Shown: piece by piece, positions 20,807 to 30,066 of the stretch
How positions within the stretch are numbered: position 1 is the first letter of the stretch
Layout of the letters: each line of letters begins with the position of its first letter
Source of the DNA: a virus
Lineage: Duplodnaviria > Heunggongvirae > Uroviricota > Caudoviricetes
IMG/VR virus record: IMGVR_UViG_3300017917_003521
DNA length: 61,745 nucleotides
Reading direction: 5' to 3' (one strand)
Translations under genes and position numbers: made by a program
Notes under the pieces: generated by a model
Told to the model about the DNA's origin: nothing
The model's database searches: none
The model's input: the letters and a program-made list of their open reading frames with translations, nothing else

Positions 20807-22051
20807 TTAGTCCATATCGTATGCATCTTCATATCCACCACTTGTATCTCTTAGTAATCTATCAGCATCATCCCAATAAACATTACAAGCTGTACCTGTA
20901 TCGGAATTGATGTAACAAATAGTATCACAGTAAGGATAGTAATCCCAACTAGCTTCGTCTAGTTTAACTTCAATAGTTGCTCTTCTTGAACCACTACCAT
21001 TTGTTATTTCTTCACCAGGCTCCATAGATTGTCTTTTTTTATACCACCAACCATTCTTTTCAGCAAATTGCTTAAATAACTCAGCATCCGCATCAACAGT
21101 TGTGTATATTCTATCCATAAATTTAGCAGGTTGTTCATCTATTTTACAATCCCAAAGAATTGCTCTACCTTTAATATATCTATCAACATATTTACCATCA
21201 GTAATTTGACCATTATCACCATAAAGAATAACAAGTGAAACCTGTGGATTTTGAGTATAAATATCAAAATAATCAGAGTCAACATCAGCCATACAAGAGT
21301 TGTTTAATGTTCCGCCACCGCTAACATAGTTATCTTCACTATACCAGTATGCTATTTTATCACCTTTAACAATATCAAACTGTTTAAGAGCGTCTGCTGC
21401 AAAATCATAAGTTGCTTTATAAACATTTATAAACTGTTCTAACTCAGTATCGGTGAAATTTATTTTAGCAGAGTTTAAGAGTGCTCTAACAAATCTACCT
21501 ATTTTAATATTGTTTCTTGATGTTGACCAAATTCTTTGATCTTCAGCATCTTTTGGTTGAATAGCGGCTTTATTAATCACACCTATTTTTTCACCTTGAT
21601 ACTCTTGAAACATTACATAAATTTTACCAGATGTTCTTGAAACGGTTTCTGATAATATCACACCTATAACACCTGTCTCTGGTGCCCAACATTGATACTT
21701 TTCTTTATCATAACCAAGAGCTTCAAATATCTTATCATTTCTATCACTTTTTGTTAAGTATCTACCCGATTCAACAATAACCCAAGTTTCAGGCTTATCT
21801 TTAGTTAATTCTTGAACTTTTCTATCTGGTGTAAAACTAACAGCATCTTTTTGGTCTGTAATATCAACATAGTTTTGAGCCAAACTATCAATATCTTTAG
21901 AATATAAATCTAAAACTTGACTAGCTATTTTATTACCTTTAATTTTACTCAGTATGTTAATAAACTTTTTCGAGTATATAACTTTTGATTCTAGTAAAAG
22001 CTCATAGACCTTACTTTCAGAAATATAATCTTCGTATTTAAGAATTGCCAT
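20807..22051 (-). CDS. Large-phage protein of unknown function (GTL.NSCM / GRAILW / MDRIY / YPY.DT motifs) with CTS-like N-terminus
   Basis: Motifs in translation; starts MAILKYEDYISES. Confidence 0.75.
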   Translation of the reverse strand: MAILKYEDYISESKVYELLLESKVIYSKKFINILSKIKGNKIASQVLDLYSKDIDSLAQNYVDITDQKDAVSFTPDRKVQELTKDKPETWVIVESGRYLTKSDRNDKIFEALGYDKEKYQCWAPETGVIGVILSETVSRTSGKIYVMFQEYQGEKIGVINKAAIQPKDAEDQRIWSTSRNNIKIGRFVRALLNSAKINFTDTELEQFINVYKATYDFAADALKQFDIVKGDKIAYWYSEDNYVSGGGTLNNSCMADVDSDYFDIYTQNPQVSLVILYGDNGQITDGKYVDRYIKGRAILWDCKIDEQPAKFMDRIYTTVDADAELFKQFAEKNGWWYKKRQSMEPGEEITNGSGSRRATIEVKLDEASWDYYPYCDTICYINSDTGTACNVYWDDADRLLRDTSGGYEDAYDMD

Positions 22052-22161
22052 TTTTTAAAATATTTTTATTAATTTATATATTAAATTTGAAATTTTCAAT
22101 ATTTTATTTTTTATATACTAAAAATGATTAATATATAATTAATAAAAAAAAATCATTTTAT

Positions 22162-22395
22162 ATGAAGGAAAAAATTATAGACTTAATAACCGAGTTAGGT
22201 GTTGATCTAAATGAGTTAGTCTTTGACTTTGAAATAGATGGTGTTAAATTCAATTCTATTGAGTGGGTACCTGAAGAAGATGTTATATTACTTCATGTAT
22301 TTGAAGATGAATCAGATTTTCACTGTGATTTTGAAAATATAGATATCGATAAACAAATAAAAGTTTATAAGATACTATCTTCTTTTAAGAATTAA
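22162..22395 (+). CDS. Small acidic hypothetical protein
   Basis: ORF track; late-type promoter upstream. Confidence 0.65.
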   Translation: MKEKIIDLITELGVDLNELVFDFEIDGVKFNSIEWVPEEDVILLHVFEDESDFHCDFENIDIDKQIKVYKILSSFKN

Positions 22396-23369
22396 AGACT
22401 ATTCAACATCTGAATCATTTCTCTTTGTGGGAAAATATCAAACTTATCTCTTCTAACCTGGCTGTGACTTCTTATTCCACCAGTATTAAACCACTTTTCG
22501 TCATACTCGAACCACTTTTCATTATAAATCTTACCTTCTATTGTAATAGCATGTTTGTTTATTAGATAGTGAATTAACTTTCTTGCATTTTCTAATTGAA
22601 AGTCAGTATATCTTTCAAAGTATTCATAACCTCTAAATGGATTATCTAATTTAACTACTTCACTTTCTTTTATAGGTTTATTAACATAGTTATAAAATCT
22701 ACCATCTTTACCAAGTGTAAGAGCACCATAATTACAAAATTCTATGCCTATAGATTTAGAATTTAGTTCTTGTGAATTTTTATTTACACCTAAGTGATAT
22801 GCCCAATACTTATCATCAAAAGCTCTTAATATCTTACCATCCCAAATGTTCTCATCCGTTGTTGATGATTTTCTACCAATCACATAAGATGTTCCAACTC
22901 TTAGAGGTTGTGCTTTTCCAAAAGCATCCAATATAGGTCTACCTAATTTATCTTTAACAAAATCTTTTTCCCAACCATCTATACTCCAATCTGGTCTTGA
23001 TCCACCAGCAGTATGGTGTAACCATATAGTATCTTTTTTAGTTTCTTCTTTAATATACTCTTCATCATCCATTAGATAATCATAGATAGTTAATCCATTA
23101 GGATTCGTATAGTGTATTTTATGTGGTATACCATCATTGATAGTTGGTATTTTACCAAAGTTATTCAATCTATTAAATGTAAGTGTTCCAACAATACCAT
23201 CTGCTTTAATTCCAACAGATCTTTGAAAGTTAGTAACTGAAACCAAGGTATTCTGACCAAAGAATCCGTCAATTCTTTCATTAAAGAAACCATATTCTTT
23301 TAATTTTGTTTGTAAATATTTAATGTCATCTCCTGACATTTTTAATTTTAATATTCTACTTAGTTTCAT
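22392..23369 (-). CDS. Endolysin: peptidoglycan-binding domain plus N-acetylmuramoyl-L-alanine amidase
   Basis: DGFFGQNT..V..FQ..GIKADGIVG; LHHTAG, AYHLG, SIGIEFCN, HSQVRRDKFD. Confidence 0.88.
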   Translation of the reverse strand: MKLSRILKLKMSGDDIKYLQTKLKEYGFFNERIDGFFGQNTLVSVTNFQRSVGIKADGIVGTLTFNRLNNFGKIPTINDGIPHKIHYTNPNGLTIYDYLMDDEEYIKEETKKDTIWLHHTAGGSRPDWSIDGWEKDFVKDKLGRPILDAFGKAQPLRVGTSYVIGRKSSTTDENIWDGKILRAFDDKYWAYHLGVNKNSQELNSKSIGIEFCNYGALTLGKDGRFYNYVNKPIKESEVVKLDNPFRGYEYFERYTDFQLENARKLIHYLINKHAITIEGKIYNEKWFEYDEKWFNTGGIRSHSQVRRDKFDIFPQREMIQMLNSL

Positions 23370-23382
23370 ATACTATATATTA

Positions 23383-23892
23383 TTATTTGCTTTTATATCT
23401 TTCAGCATTTTGCTTTTCCAAGAAGGCTTTTAAGTCTTCATATCTAACTGCACCTGGATTAAATGTTACTAACTCAGCATTTCCAGTTGGTTTAGGTTCC
23501 ATCTTCTTCTGAGTATCTTCGGCTATTCTTTTCTCATGTTCTTCTTCAACATTTTTAAGAACGTGACCCAGGTAAAAGTCTATTCCTTTTTCTGAAATCA
23601 TTTTAAAGTCAACATTTATAAGAAACTCTTCATTTTCAGGACCTACATATATAGCCATAATAGGGTCTTTTATAAAAACATCTGTATAGAATTTTATATC
23701 ACCAACATTACCCTGCGCATATATTGTTGTTCTATATTGAGTATTATAAAAATGTGCGAATTTGTCAGCATCATTAAAAAGTCTTTGTCCGTTTTTGTCC
23801 ATAGTTGCGGCAAGACCTAAATTAATTTTAAAGTATCTACACTTTTTAATCTCATATACTACTAGAGAATTTGTTACTACATGATATGCCAT
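23383..23892 (-). CDS. Hypothetical protein
   Basis: ORF track. Confidence 0.75.
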   Translation of the reverse strand: MAYHVVTNSLVVYEIKKCRYFKINLGLAATMDKNGQRLFNDADKFAHFYNTQYRTTIYAQGNVGDIKFYTDVFIKDPIMAIYVGPENEEFLINVDFKMISEKGIDFYLGHVLKNVEEEHEKRIAEDTQKKMEPKPTGNAELVTFNPGAVRYEDLKAFLEKQNAERYKSK

Positions 23893-23929
23893 AGATTATT
23901 TATTAATAAATTTAATCTTCCTTAAAATA

Positions 23930-23962
23930 AAAAAACCCTACACATTATGTAGGGTTTTTTTT
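23930..23962. terminator. Intrinsic terminator
   Basis: AAAAAACCCTACA-CATTA-TGTAGGGTTTTTTT. Confidence 0.8.
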
Positions 23963-24521
23963 ATGATTCAATTTCAAATTCTTCTTCATCTCCAAACTTA
24001 TCGTCAATTTCTATTTTCAAATCTATTAAAAACTCTTCATCTATTTTTTTGATTTCAACATTTTTAGTAATTTGACCTACAACATCATTTGTGTCTATGT
24101 CATACTTTTTAAATTTTATATAACATTTTTCAATATCATCATACGAAAAGTCTTTATTGGCATCCTTTGGTAAAGCATCTTTTAAGTCAATTGCTATATA
24201 GAGATTGTACCAAGCATTTGGATCAGAAAACTTAACAGTTAAATTATCATACATTTTAGAGTATTTAGATATTTCTGAACTCTCTAATCTAACTCCTAAA
24301 TCTCTAAATGACATTTTAGATTTGTCTTTACTTTCAGCTTTAGCCTTTCTTATAGACTTACCTTCTTCACTTTCTTCAGATTCAGGATTTTCATTTTCCT
24401 GAAACTCAAACATTTTGTCAATTTTTTTCTTTAGTTGTTTAAGTGCAAGTTCTATATATGACTCAGGTGTGTCATTTATAATTTCTTCTTTAATAAACTC
24501 TGAATATTTAATTATCTTCAT
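23961..24521 (-). CDS. Acidic hypothetical protein with CTS-like N-terminus
   Basis: MKIIKYSEFIKEE; late-type promoter at 24526-24535. Confidence 0.78.
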   Translation of the reverse strand: MKIIKYSEFIKEEIINDTPESYIELALKQLKKKIDKMFEFQENENPESEESEEGKSIRKAKAESKDKSKMSFRDLGVRLESSEISKYSKMYDNLTVKFSDPNAWYNLYIAIDLKDALPKDANKDFSYDDIEKCYIKFKKYDIDTNDVVGQITKNVEIKKIDEEFLIDLKIEIDDKFGDEEEFEIES

Positions 24522-24558
24522 AATGTATATATTAAAAAATATTCCTTATATTTGTAAA

Positions 24559-25485
24559 ATGATGAAGAATATCGGATACTGTTGCATACCATTAGGATGT
24601 AACGAAGGGAAAAAGAAAAAAGAACAAATTTTAGTGAATAGAGGAATGGTTCGTAGAACCTTTGATGCTAAAGGTTTACCTTATGTATCTGAACTTATCA
24701 TTGAGAATCTTAAAGATACACTTAAAGTTCTTGATTGGAACTTAAAAAATCATATTTATATCTATCGTTTATCATCTGACTCATTTCCTTGGATGACTGA
24801 ATATGAGTTTTCAGACTTGCCAAAGTTTCCCGCTATTCAAACTTACATGAGGTTAATTGGTGAAAAGATTAAATCAAATAATATGCGATGCTCTTATCAT
24901 CCAGGTCCCTTCAATGTTTTAGCAAGTGAGAATCCTTCAGTTGTTGAAAAAACAATAAAAGAGTTAGACAAACACGCTCAATTAATGGATATGATGGGTT
25001 TAGACCAAACTACATTTTATCCAATCAATATTCACATTAACACTACTCAACCAACAAGAGAAGAGGCGGCTCAGAGATTTGTAGACAGATTTCCTCTTTT
25101 ATCAGAATCTTGTCGTAAAAGACTGACAGTTGAGAATGATGATTCACCAAATCAATACTCTGTTAAAATGCTATATGATATGGTTTATACTAAAATTGGT
25201 ATTCCAATTGTATTTGACCAACATCACTTTAACTATGGACCACAAGATCAAACTATGGAAGAAGCTCTTAAATTAGCCCACTCAACTTGGTCTACAAGAG
25301 CAATGACTCATATGAGTTCACCAAAAACTTTAGAAGATAATTCAGGCAAACAAACTGCACATGCTGACTACATATATGAAGAAATTAAAACATTTGGTCT
25401 TGACTTTGATACAGAAATTGAAGCGAAAGCAAAAGACCTTGCGGTATTTAGATATAGACAACAATTTAAAGTTCTCAAAGGGTGA
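24559..25485 (+). CDS. uvsE: UV-damage endonuclease UvsE (start reassigned to 24559)
   Basis: IGYCC, YRLSS, HPGPFNVLAS, INIH, ENDD, FDQHH, HADYI, EAKAK. Confidence 0.92.
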   Translation: MMKNIGYCCIPLGCNEGKKKKEQILVNRGMVRRTFDAKGLPYVSELIIENLKDTLKVLDWNLKNHIYIYRLSSDSFPWMTEYEFSDLPKFPAIQTYMRLIGEKIKSNNMRCSYHPGPFNVLASENPSVVEKTIKELDKHAQLMDMMGLDQTTFYPINIHINTTQPTREEAAQRFVDRFPLLSESCRKRLTVENDDSPNQYSVKMLYDMVYTKIGIPIVFDQHHFNYGPQDQTMEEALKLAHSTWSTRAMTHMSSPKTLEDNSGKQTAHADYIYEEIKTFGLDFDTEIEAKAKDLAVFRYRQQFKVLKG

Positions 25486-25720
25486 CCGTGTTACTATCAT
25501 AACTAGAGCACATGACGATCTAAAATATAAGTCTGGTAATATAGTTGCTGGTAAAAAATCAACACCGGATTTAAATGTATATAAAGTTTCTTTGGATGTA
25601 TACCCAAGTGGTTATCAACTAAAGCAACATTTAATTCCAATTCTTTTTGCTGAAGAAGAATTAATATTTGAGGATACTGATAAAGAAAGAGATTGGAAAA
25701 TTAAACAAGTATTGAAATGA
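25361..25720 (+). CDS. SH3/KOW-like small protein with C-terminal tag (start uncertain)
   Basis: FSKGDRVTI..; ends RDWKIKQVLK. Confidence 0.6.
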   Translation: MLTTYMKKLKHLVLTLIQKLKRKQKTLRYLDIDNNLKFSKGDRVTIITRAHDDLKYKSGNIVAGKKSTPDLNVYKVSLDVYPSGYQLKQHLIPILFAEEELIFEDTDKERDWKIKQVLK

Positions 25721-26037
25721 TAGAAAAAATAATAAATCTTTTTAAGAAAAAAAAGAAACAAGAAAATACTTTTGGTTATATCAAATTTGAAAGAGGTGAT
25801 GAAGTTAAAGTAACCATCTATTCTGAAATACCTGAATTCTGGTATATAGGCAAGGTATTAGATATTAATGCTAGATATGTAGTTTCCTCAATTGAATCTA
25901 GTTGGAGGGTAGAATACTATGTTTCTTTTAAGAATAAAAATGGTGATACCTTAAAATATTGGTTCTTAGAATCTGAATTAAAAAAATACTCTTTACAAGA
26001 AGAAAGAAATTCAGTTATTGATATGATATTAAACTAA
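25717..26037 (+). CDS. SH3-like small protein with C-terminal tag
   Basis: FERGDEVKV..WFLESEL; ends RNSVIDMILN. Confidence 0.7.
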   Translation: MIEKIINLFKKKKKQENTFGYIKFERGDEVKVTIYSEIPEFWYIGKVLDINARYVVSSIESSWRVEYYVSFKNKNGDTLKYWFLESELKKYSLQEERNSVIDMILN

Positions 26038-26065
26038 AAAAGAGAGTCAATGACTCTCTTTTTTT
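26036..26065. terminator. Bidirectional intrinsic terminator
   Basis: AAAAAAGAGAGTC-AAT-GACTCTCTTTTTTT. Confidence 0.85.
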
Positions 26066-26098
26066 ATGCTAGACTATTTTATTTTATTTTATTTTTGC

Positions 26099-26476
26099 TT
26101 ATTTTTTAAGACCTAAAGCTTGTCTTGTTAATTCTTGAATATGAGCAATACTTTCATCTCTTTTTTGTAATTCTTGATTAACTCGAAGTATTTCTTTATT
26201 ATATCCGTCAAATAGTTTATCACAACGGCTATCTATTTTTCTATCTAAATCTGTATAAACATTAGACATTGAGTTATCGTACTCATTAAATCTATTGTTT
26301 ATAATTTGCATCTCATTATTTAAGGAATTTTGTAGATGTGTAATATCTACTGTGTTGTTATTAACAACTCGTCTTAACTTTCTCACAACCGCAACCAAGT
26401 AAGCTATAGAGCCTACGACCGCAACTGACACAAGAGTAATCAAAACTGTTACTAAAATTAATTGTAAATTTTCCAT
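26099..26476 (-). CDS. Membrane-anchored coiled-coil protein
   Basis: N-terminal hydrophobic helix followed by heptads. Confidence 0.75.
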   Translation of the reverse strand: MENLQLILVTVLITLVSVAVVGSIAYLVAVVRKLRRVVNNNTVDITHLQNSLNNEMQIINNRFNEYDNSMSNVYTDLDRKIDSRCDKLFDGYNKEILRVNQELQKRDESIAHIQELTRQALGLKK

Positions 26477-26481
26477 TTTTT

Positions 26482-26961
26482 CTAATTTATTTTTTGTTGT
26501 CTAGCAATTTCTTTCTCTTTTAATTCTTTTTCTAACTCTTCTGGATGAAGAAGTCCTCTACCATATTTCTTAAATCGTTCTTCATATCTTAGTTTAACTC
26601 TATCAGATATAGGGATTGGAGAACCCTCTTCATCTAGTTTAACAAATACCATTTTAGTTGAACATACTAGTTCTTGTTTACCTGTATGTACATTATGTTT
26701 TCTTGCTTCTAGATTGATAGTTATAGATGAATTTCCAAATCTATCAACTGATGCATAAATCTTAATAAGGTTACCAACCTTAACCGGACTTTGAAATACA
26801 ACTTCCTCAATTTTCTTTGTCACCATTTTAGCCGAATCACATATCTGACAAGCATATGCTGCTGCAGCTTCATCTAAGAATGACATCATATTTCCACCGA
26901 ATAAATTACCATGAACACCTAGGTCCAAAGCCATACAAATTTTTGTTGTTACTAATTCCAT
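26482..26961 (-). CDS. Acyl-CoA thioesterase (HotDog fold, YciA-like)
   Basis: HGNLFGG.MMS.LDEAA, FQSPVKVG, GNSSI, MVFVKLDEEG.P.PI. Confidence 0.88.
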   Translation of the reverse strand: MELVTTKICMALDLGVHGNLFGGNMMSFLDEAAAAYACQICDSAKMVTKKIEEVVFQSPVKVGNLIKIYASVDRFGNSSITINLEARKHNVHTGKQELVCSTKMVFVKLDEEGSPIPISDRVKLRYEERFKKYGRGLLHPEELEKELKEKEIARQQKIN

Positions 26962-26963
26962 AA

Positions 26964-27464
26964 TTATTGTAATATTGCGTTTATTTTACCGTCTCTTTCT
27001 TCATATTTTTCTGTTATATCGGCATATCTAATTCTATAGCTAACCGATAAGTTTTCTAGATTTACATACTTAACAATCGAAAAAATAACAAATTTTTTCC
27101 ATCTACCTTTATTGAAAAAAACTCCTATTTCATCATCGGACTGAAACTCATGACATTCAACAGAATATGAATTGGAAACTATTATATTATTTTCTACCTT
27201 AAACATTTCAAATTTTGGCAGAGTTGTCACATATGAAATATACTGCCAATAGTTATCCAAGAACTCACCTAACCAGATTGATGGTGATACTGTAGCAATA
27301 GTTATATTACTATTATTCTCACTACCCATTCTCATACAATTGTCAATTAATATCTTTATACCTTCTAGATTATCTTGACTTATTGGATATAATGTTATAT
27401 TTTTTGGATCCGTATTTGTAAATTGAATCGGACCATTCATATTTTTGATTAAATCTTTAAACAT
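26964..27464 (-). CDS. Hypothetical protein with C-terminal tag
   Basis: Ends RDGKINAILQ. Confidence 0.7.
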   Translation of the reverse strand: MFKDLIKNMNGPIQFTNTDPKNITLYPISQDNLEGIKILIDNCMRMGSENNSNITIATVSPSIWLGEFLDNYWQYISYVTTLPKFEMFKVENNIIVSNSYSVECHEFQSDDEIGVFFNKGRWKKFVIFSIVKYVNLENLSVSYRIRYADITEKYEERDGKINAILQ

Positions 27465-27465
27465 A

Positions 27466-28143
27466 CTATTTTATGTAATAAAACAGTTTAAGTTTATTAC
27501 CCCATGAAACATCAACTGTAAATTCTTCTTTAAGTATCTTACATTCCTTCATAAACTTAGATGTTATAAAGTGACACCCTTTTGACATATTACTATAAAT
27601 ATAATTTGATAGGTCGTCATCAAAACAAACATCATTCATAAAAACTATTGTTGCTACTGATAAATCAAAATTTCTAACATCTTTTTCTAAAAAGAAAACA
27701 GACTTATCACCAACATCTATTTTATTTTGAATATACTTTGAATATCTTTGCCTCTGTGGTACAATTTCAATACCAACAAAAGTTTTTATATTAGACTTTA
27801 TAGCGGTATGTAATACTAACTTACCACTACCACTGCCTATATCAACAAATAAATCTTTATCTGATATTTTTTTATACTTATTTATCTTTTCTATTATAGA
27901 ATCAACACCACTCCTTAGTATCTCACCATAAGTATAGTTGTTATTATAGTTACCTTTATATGTGAAGTGTCTATTAATATTAGTATCTCTTGCTGTAAAG
28001 TTTTCTAGTTGAAACTTTTGTTCAGGTGTATAGTTATCCCAAACACCCAACAATTCACAAATTGATTTTATACTAAAGAGATTATTTTGATATAATTGAT
28101 CAAGCTTATAATTATCTGCTAATACTTTAAGTTCATTGTCCAT
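27466..28143 (-). CDS. Class I SAM-dependent methyltransferase, DOT1-like
   Basis: YTYGE, FVDIGSGSGK, GIEI..R, ATIVFMNDVCF. Confidence 0.8.
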   Translation of the reverse strand: MDNELKVLADNYKLDQLYQNNLFSIKSICELLGVWDNYTPEQKFQLENFTARDTNINRHFTYKGNYNNNYTYGEILRSGVDSIIEKINKYKKISDKDLFVDIGSGSGKLVLHTAIKSNIKTFVGIEIVPQRQRYSKYIQNKIDVGDKSVFFLEKDVRNFDLSVATIVFMNDVCFDDDLSNYIYSNMSKGCHFITSKFMKECKILKEEFTVDVSWGNKLKLFYYIK

Positions 28144-28549
28144 ATTTTACAATTTCAATTTTAGCTTCTCTTAAAAATTCCAAACCAGATAGGTCTTTAT
28201 AATCTTCTAGATATACTAGTCTTTTTATTCCAGATTGTAATATAAGTTTAGAACAGTCTCTACAAGGTGAATGAGTTTGATATAAAGTTGCGCCTTCACA
28301 AGAATGACCGTGCTTTGCGCACTTCAAAATAGCATTTGCTTCACCGTGAATAACGTACCAGTTAGTATCACCATCAACGTTCTCACAAGAGTTATCAAAC
28401 CCTGTAGGTGTTCCATTATAACCATCTGATATAATCATACCATTTTTAACTATAAGAGCACCAACTTGTTTTCTCGTACAATGAGAAAGCTTTGCCCATT
28501 CTTTAGCCATATTTAAGTATGTTCTATCGTATCTCTCTTGTTTAGTCAT
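28133..28549 (-). CDS. dCMP deaminase
   Basis: GYNGTP, HGEANA, PCRDC. Confidence 0.93.
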   Translation of the reverse strand: MTKQERYDRTYLNMAKEWAKLSHCTRKQVGALIVKNGMIISDGYNGTPTGFDNSCENVDGDTNWYVIHGEANAILKCAKHGHSCEGATLYQTHSPCRDCSKLILQSGIKRLVYLEDYKDLSGLEFLREAKIEIVKYGQ

Positions 28550-28736
28550 TTAATATTTTTTTTATTTTAATTCTTCTAAGGTATTTTCTAAAAGATTTAC
28601 GATAGACTTTTTTATCATATATTCTACCTGAATGTGTATTATCAAATTTTTGTAAAACACCTTTTAGTATAATTTTCTCAACCATTGAATATTTTATTGA
28701 TTGAATTTTTTCTACGTTTGTTTCTATCATGTTCAA
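28542..28736 (-). CDS. Mini-protein resembling a prohead protease (gp21) N-terminal fragment plus C-terminal tag
   Basis: ILKGVLQKFDNTHSGRIYD; ends RRIKIKKILND. Confidence 0.55.
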   Translation of the reverse strand: MNMIETNVEKIQSIKYSMVEKIILKGVLQKFDNTHSGRIYDKKVYRKSFRKYLRRIKIKKILND

Positions 28737-28887
28737 ATCCCATAGATCTAAGTATATCCAAGTCTATTTGTTTACTCAAATCTTCAGACAATTTTCTAGT
28801 CATCTCATCTACAATATCAATTCCATATAGATTTTCTATTTCATATGTAGAATTGACTTCAATGCCTTTAACTTTGTGTTTCTTCAT
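28678..28887 (-). CDS. Mini-protein resembling a major capsid protein (gp23) fragment plus C-terminal tag
   Basis: YGIDIVDEMTRKLSEDLSKQIDLDIL; ends RKNSINKIFNG. Confidence 0.6.
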   Translation of the reverse strand: MKKHKVKGIEVNSTYEIENLYGIDIVDEMTRKLSEDLSKQIDLDILRSMGFEHDRNKRRKNSINKIFNG

Positions 28888-29071
28888 TGAAGATTCTCAT
28901 TATTTTTTCTTTTCTACTACTTTTTCGTAAATTATTAATAATATTAACAACAGCTTTTGAAACGACCATACAATTGCTATTACCATATCTAGAACTATTG
29001 TTTATAATAGCAGACGCTTGTAATATTTTATCTATTAACTCTTTAGACATATCTTGTGGTTTATATTCCAA
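28868..29071 (-). CDS. Mini-protein resembling a second gp23 fragment plus C-terminal tag
   Basis: LIDKILQASAIINNSSRYGNSNCMVVSKAV; RKEKIMRIF. Confidence 0.6.
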   Translation of the reverse strand: MEYKPQDMSKELIDKILQASAIINNSSRYGNSNCMVVSKAVVNIINNLRKSSRKEKIMRIFNEETQS

Positions 29072-29793
29072 TTTTTTGGTAAAAATTTACACTCATTGTT
29101 GTTAACAAAGTGTCTTCGCCATAACTGAACGAACTCTTGTAAGTTATTTATTTTACTAACAACAATCTCACCGTGTGTTTTTTTAAGAACAGTTGATTTA
29201 ATTTCTGATATTTTTTGAAGCCTAGATGTTGTTAATCTTTTTATACCAAAATAGTCTTTAATTTCTTTCTTCAATAAATTAATTCTTTTATCTGGTATAT
29301 TTGATGTGTCGCCTATAAGTGTTTTGGCTATCTTAACATATTTAACTAAGTCACTTCTAGTTTCTAACTCACCATTAATAGGAGCATTATGTATGTTAGC
29401 CAAATTAGATTTTAACTGGTCGGCTTTTCTTTCATAACTTTCATGACAATCAACACATAATGATAGAACATCATGAAAATTATGAGATTTTATCTCAAGT
29501 GGAAAGTATCTACGATAGCAATAAGGAACTACATGGTGTCTATTTAACTCATTTTTATTACCACAATTAACACATATATTTATCATCTCTGATAAACCAA
29601 ATCCCTTATTATGATTTCCTAATCCCTTTGGTTTAAATTTTAATCTAATTGTATTTTTAGATATAAATTCTGCTAAGTCTCTTTTTAAATACCAATTAAC
29701 TTTTTTTTCATCACATCTGAACATTAGTATATCATCTGGTGATACAACTTTAAAGTTTCCGTATATTGGATTTTTTGAGTATGGTGTGTTCAT
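29035..29793 (-). CDS. HNH-like protein resembling the C-terminal domain of eukaryotic EXD2
   Basis: PDD..MFRCDEKK..WYL, CVNCG, HHVVPYCYRRYFP.EIKSHNFHDVLSLCVDCH. Confidence 0.75.
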   Translation of the reverse strand: MNTPYSKNPIYGNFKVVSPDDILMFRCDEKKVNWYLKRDLAEFISKNTIRLKFKPKGLGNHNKGFGLSEMINICVNCGNKNELNRHHVVPYCYRRYFPLEIKSHNFHDVLSLCVDCHESYERKADQLKSNLANIHNAPINGELETRSDLVKYVKIAKTLIGDTSNIPDKRINLLKKEIKDYFGIKRLTTSRLQKISEIKSTVLKKTHGEIVVSKINNLQEFVQLWRRHFVNNNECKFLPKNWNINHKICLKS

Positions 29794-30066
29794 ATAATTT
29801 CTTTCTTCTTTAGATTAGTTGATATTTTTTTTACCCAATTGATAAACTCATCATATTGTAAATCATGTTTTGCAACATTACATAGATCCTGATTTATACT
29901 CATAAACTAATCCATTTAATGCAATGTCATCTGTGTGTTTTATAGATGATTTAAAAAACATCTCTTTCTGGTAACAACCACAGCTTGTTGTTTTTTTATA
30001 TTTTAAGCAATATGAATTTGTTAATTTAACATTACCACATGATAATAAATCTAAAATAATATCATG
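29790..30066 (-). pseudogene. Degraded HNH homing endonuclease remnant
   Basis: Fragment SCGNVK..KKTTSCGC..* in one frame and CNVAKHDLQYDEFINWVKKI* in another; no start codon; central HNH missing. Confidence 0.6.

Noticed and set aside
24415-24558. Extended N-termini given for uvsE (24415), GATase (44885) and HNH (47827)
   Set aside because: The extensions run through divergent genes and promoter boxes; downstream ATGs fit the domain starts and promoter spacing.
30021-30065. Another ATG..TAG-ATT start on the minus strand after nusG
   Set aside because: Readthrough reaches TAA after about 10 codons and the region is better explained as an HNH relic; probably chance.
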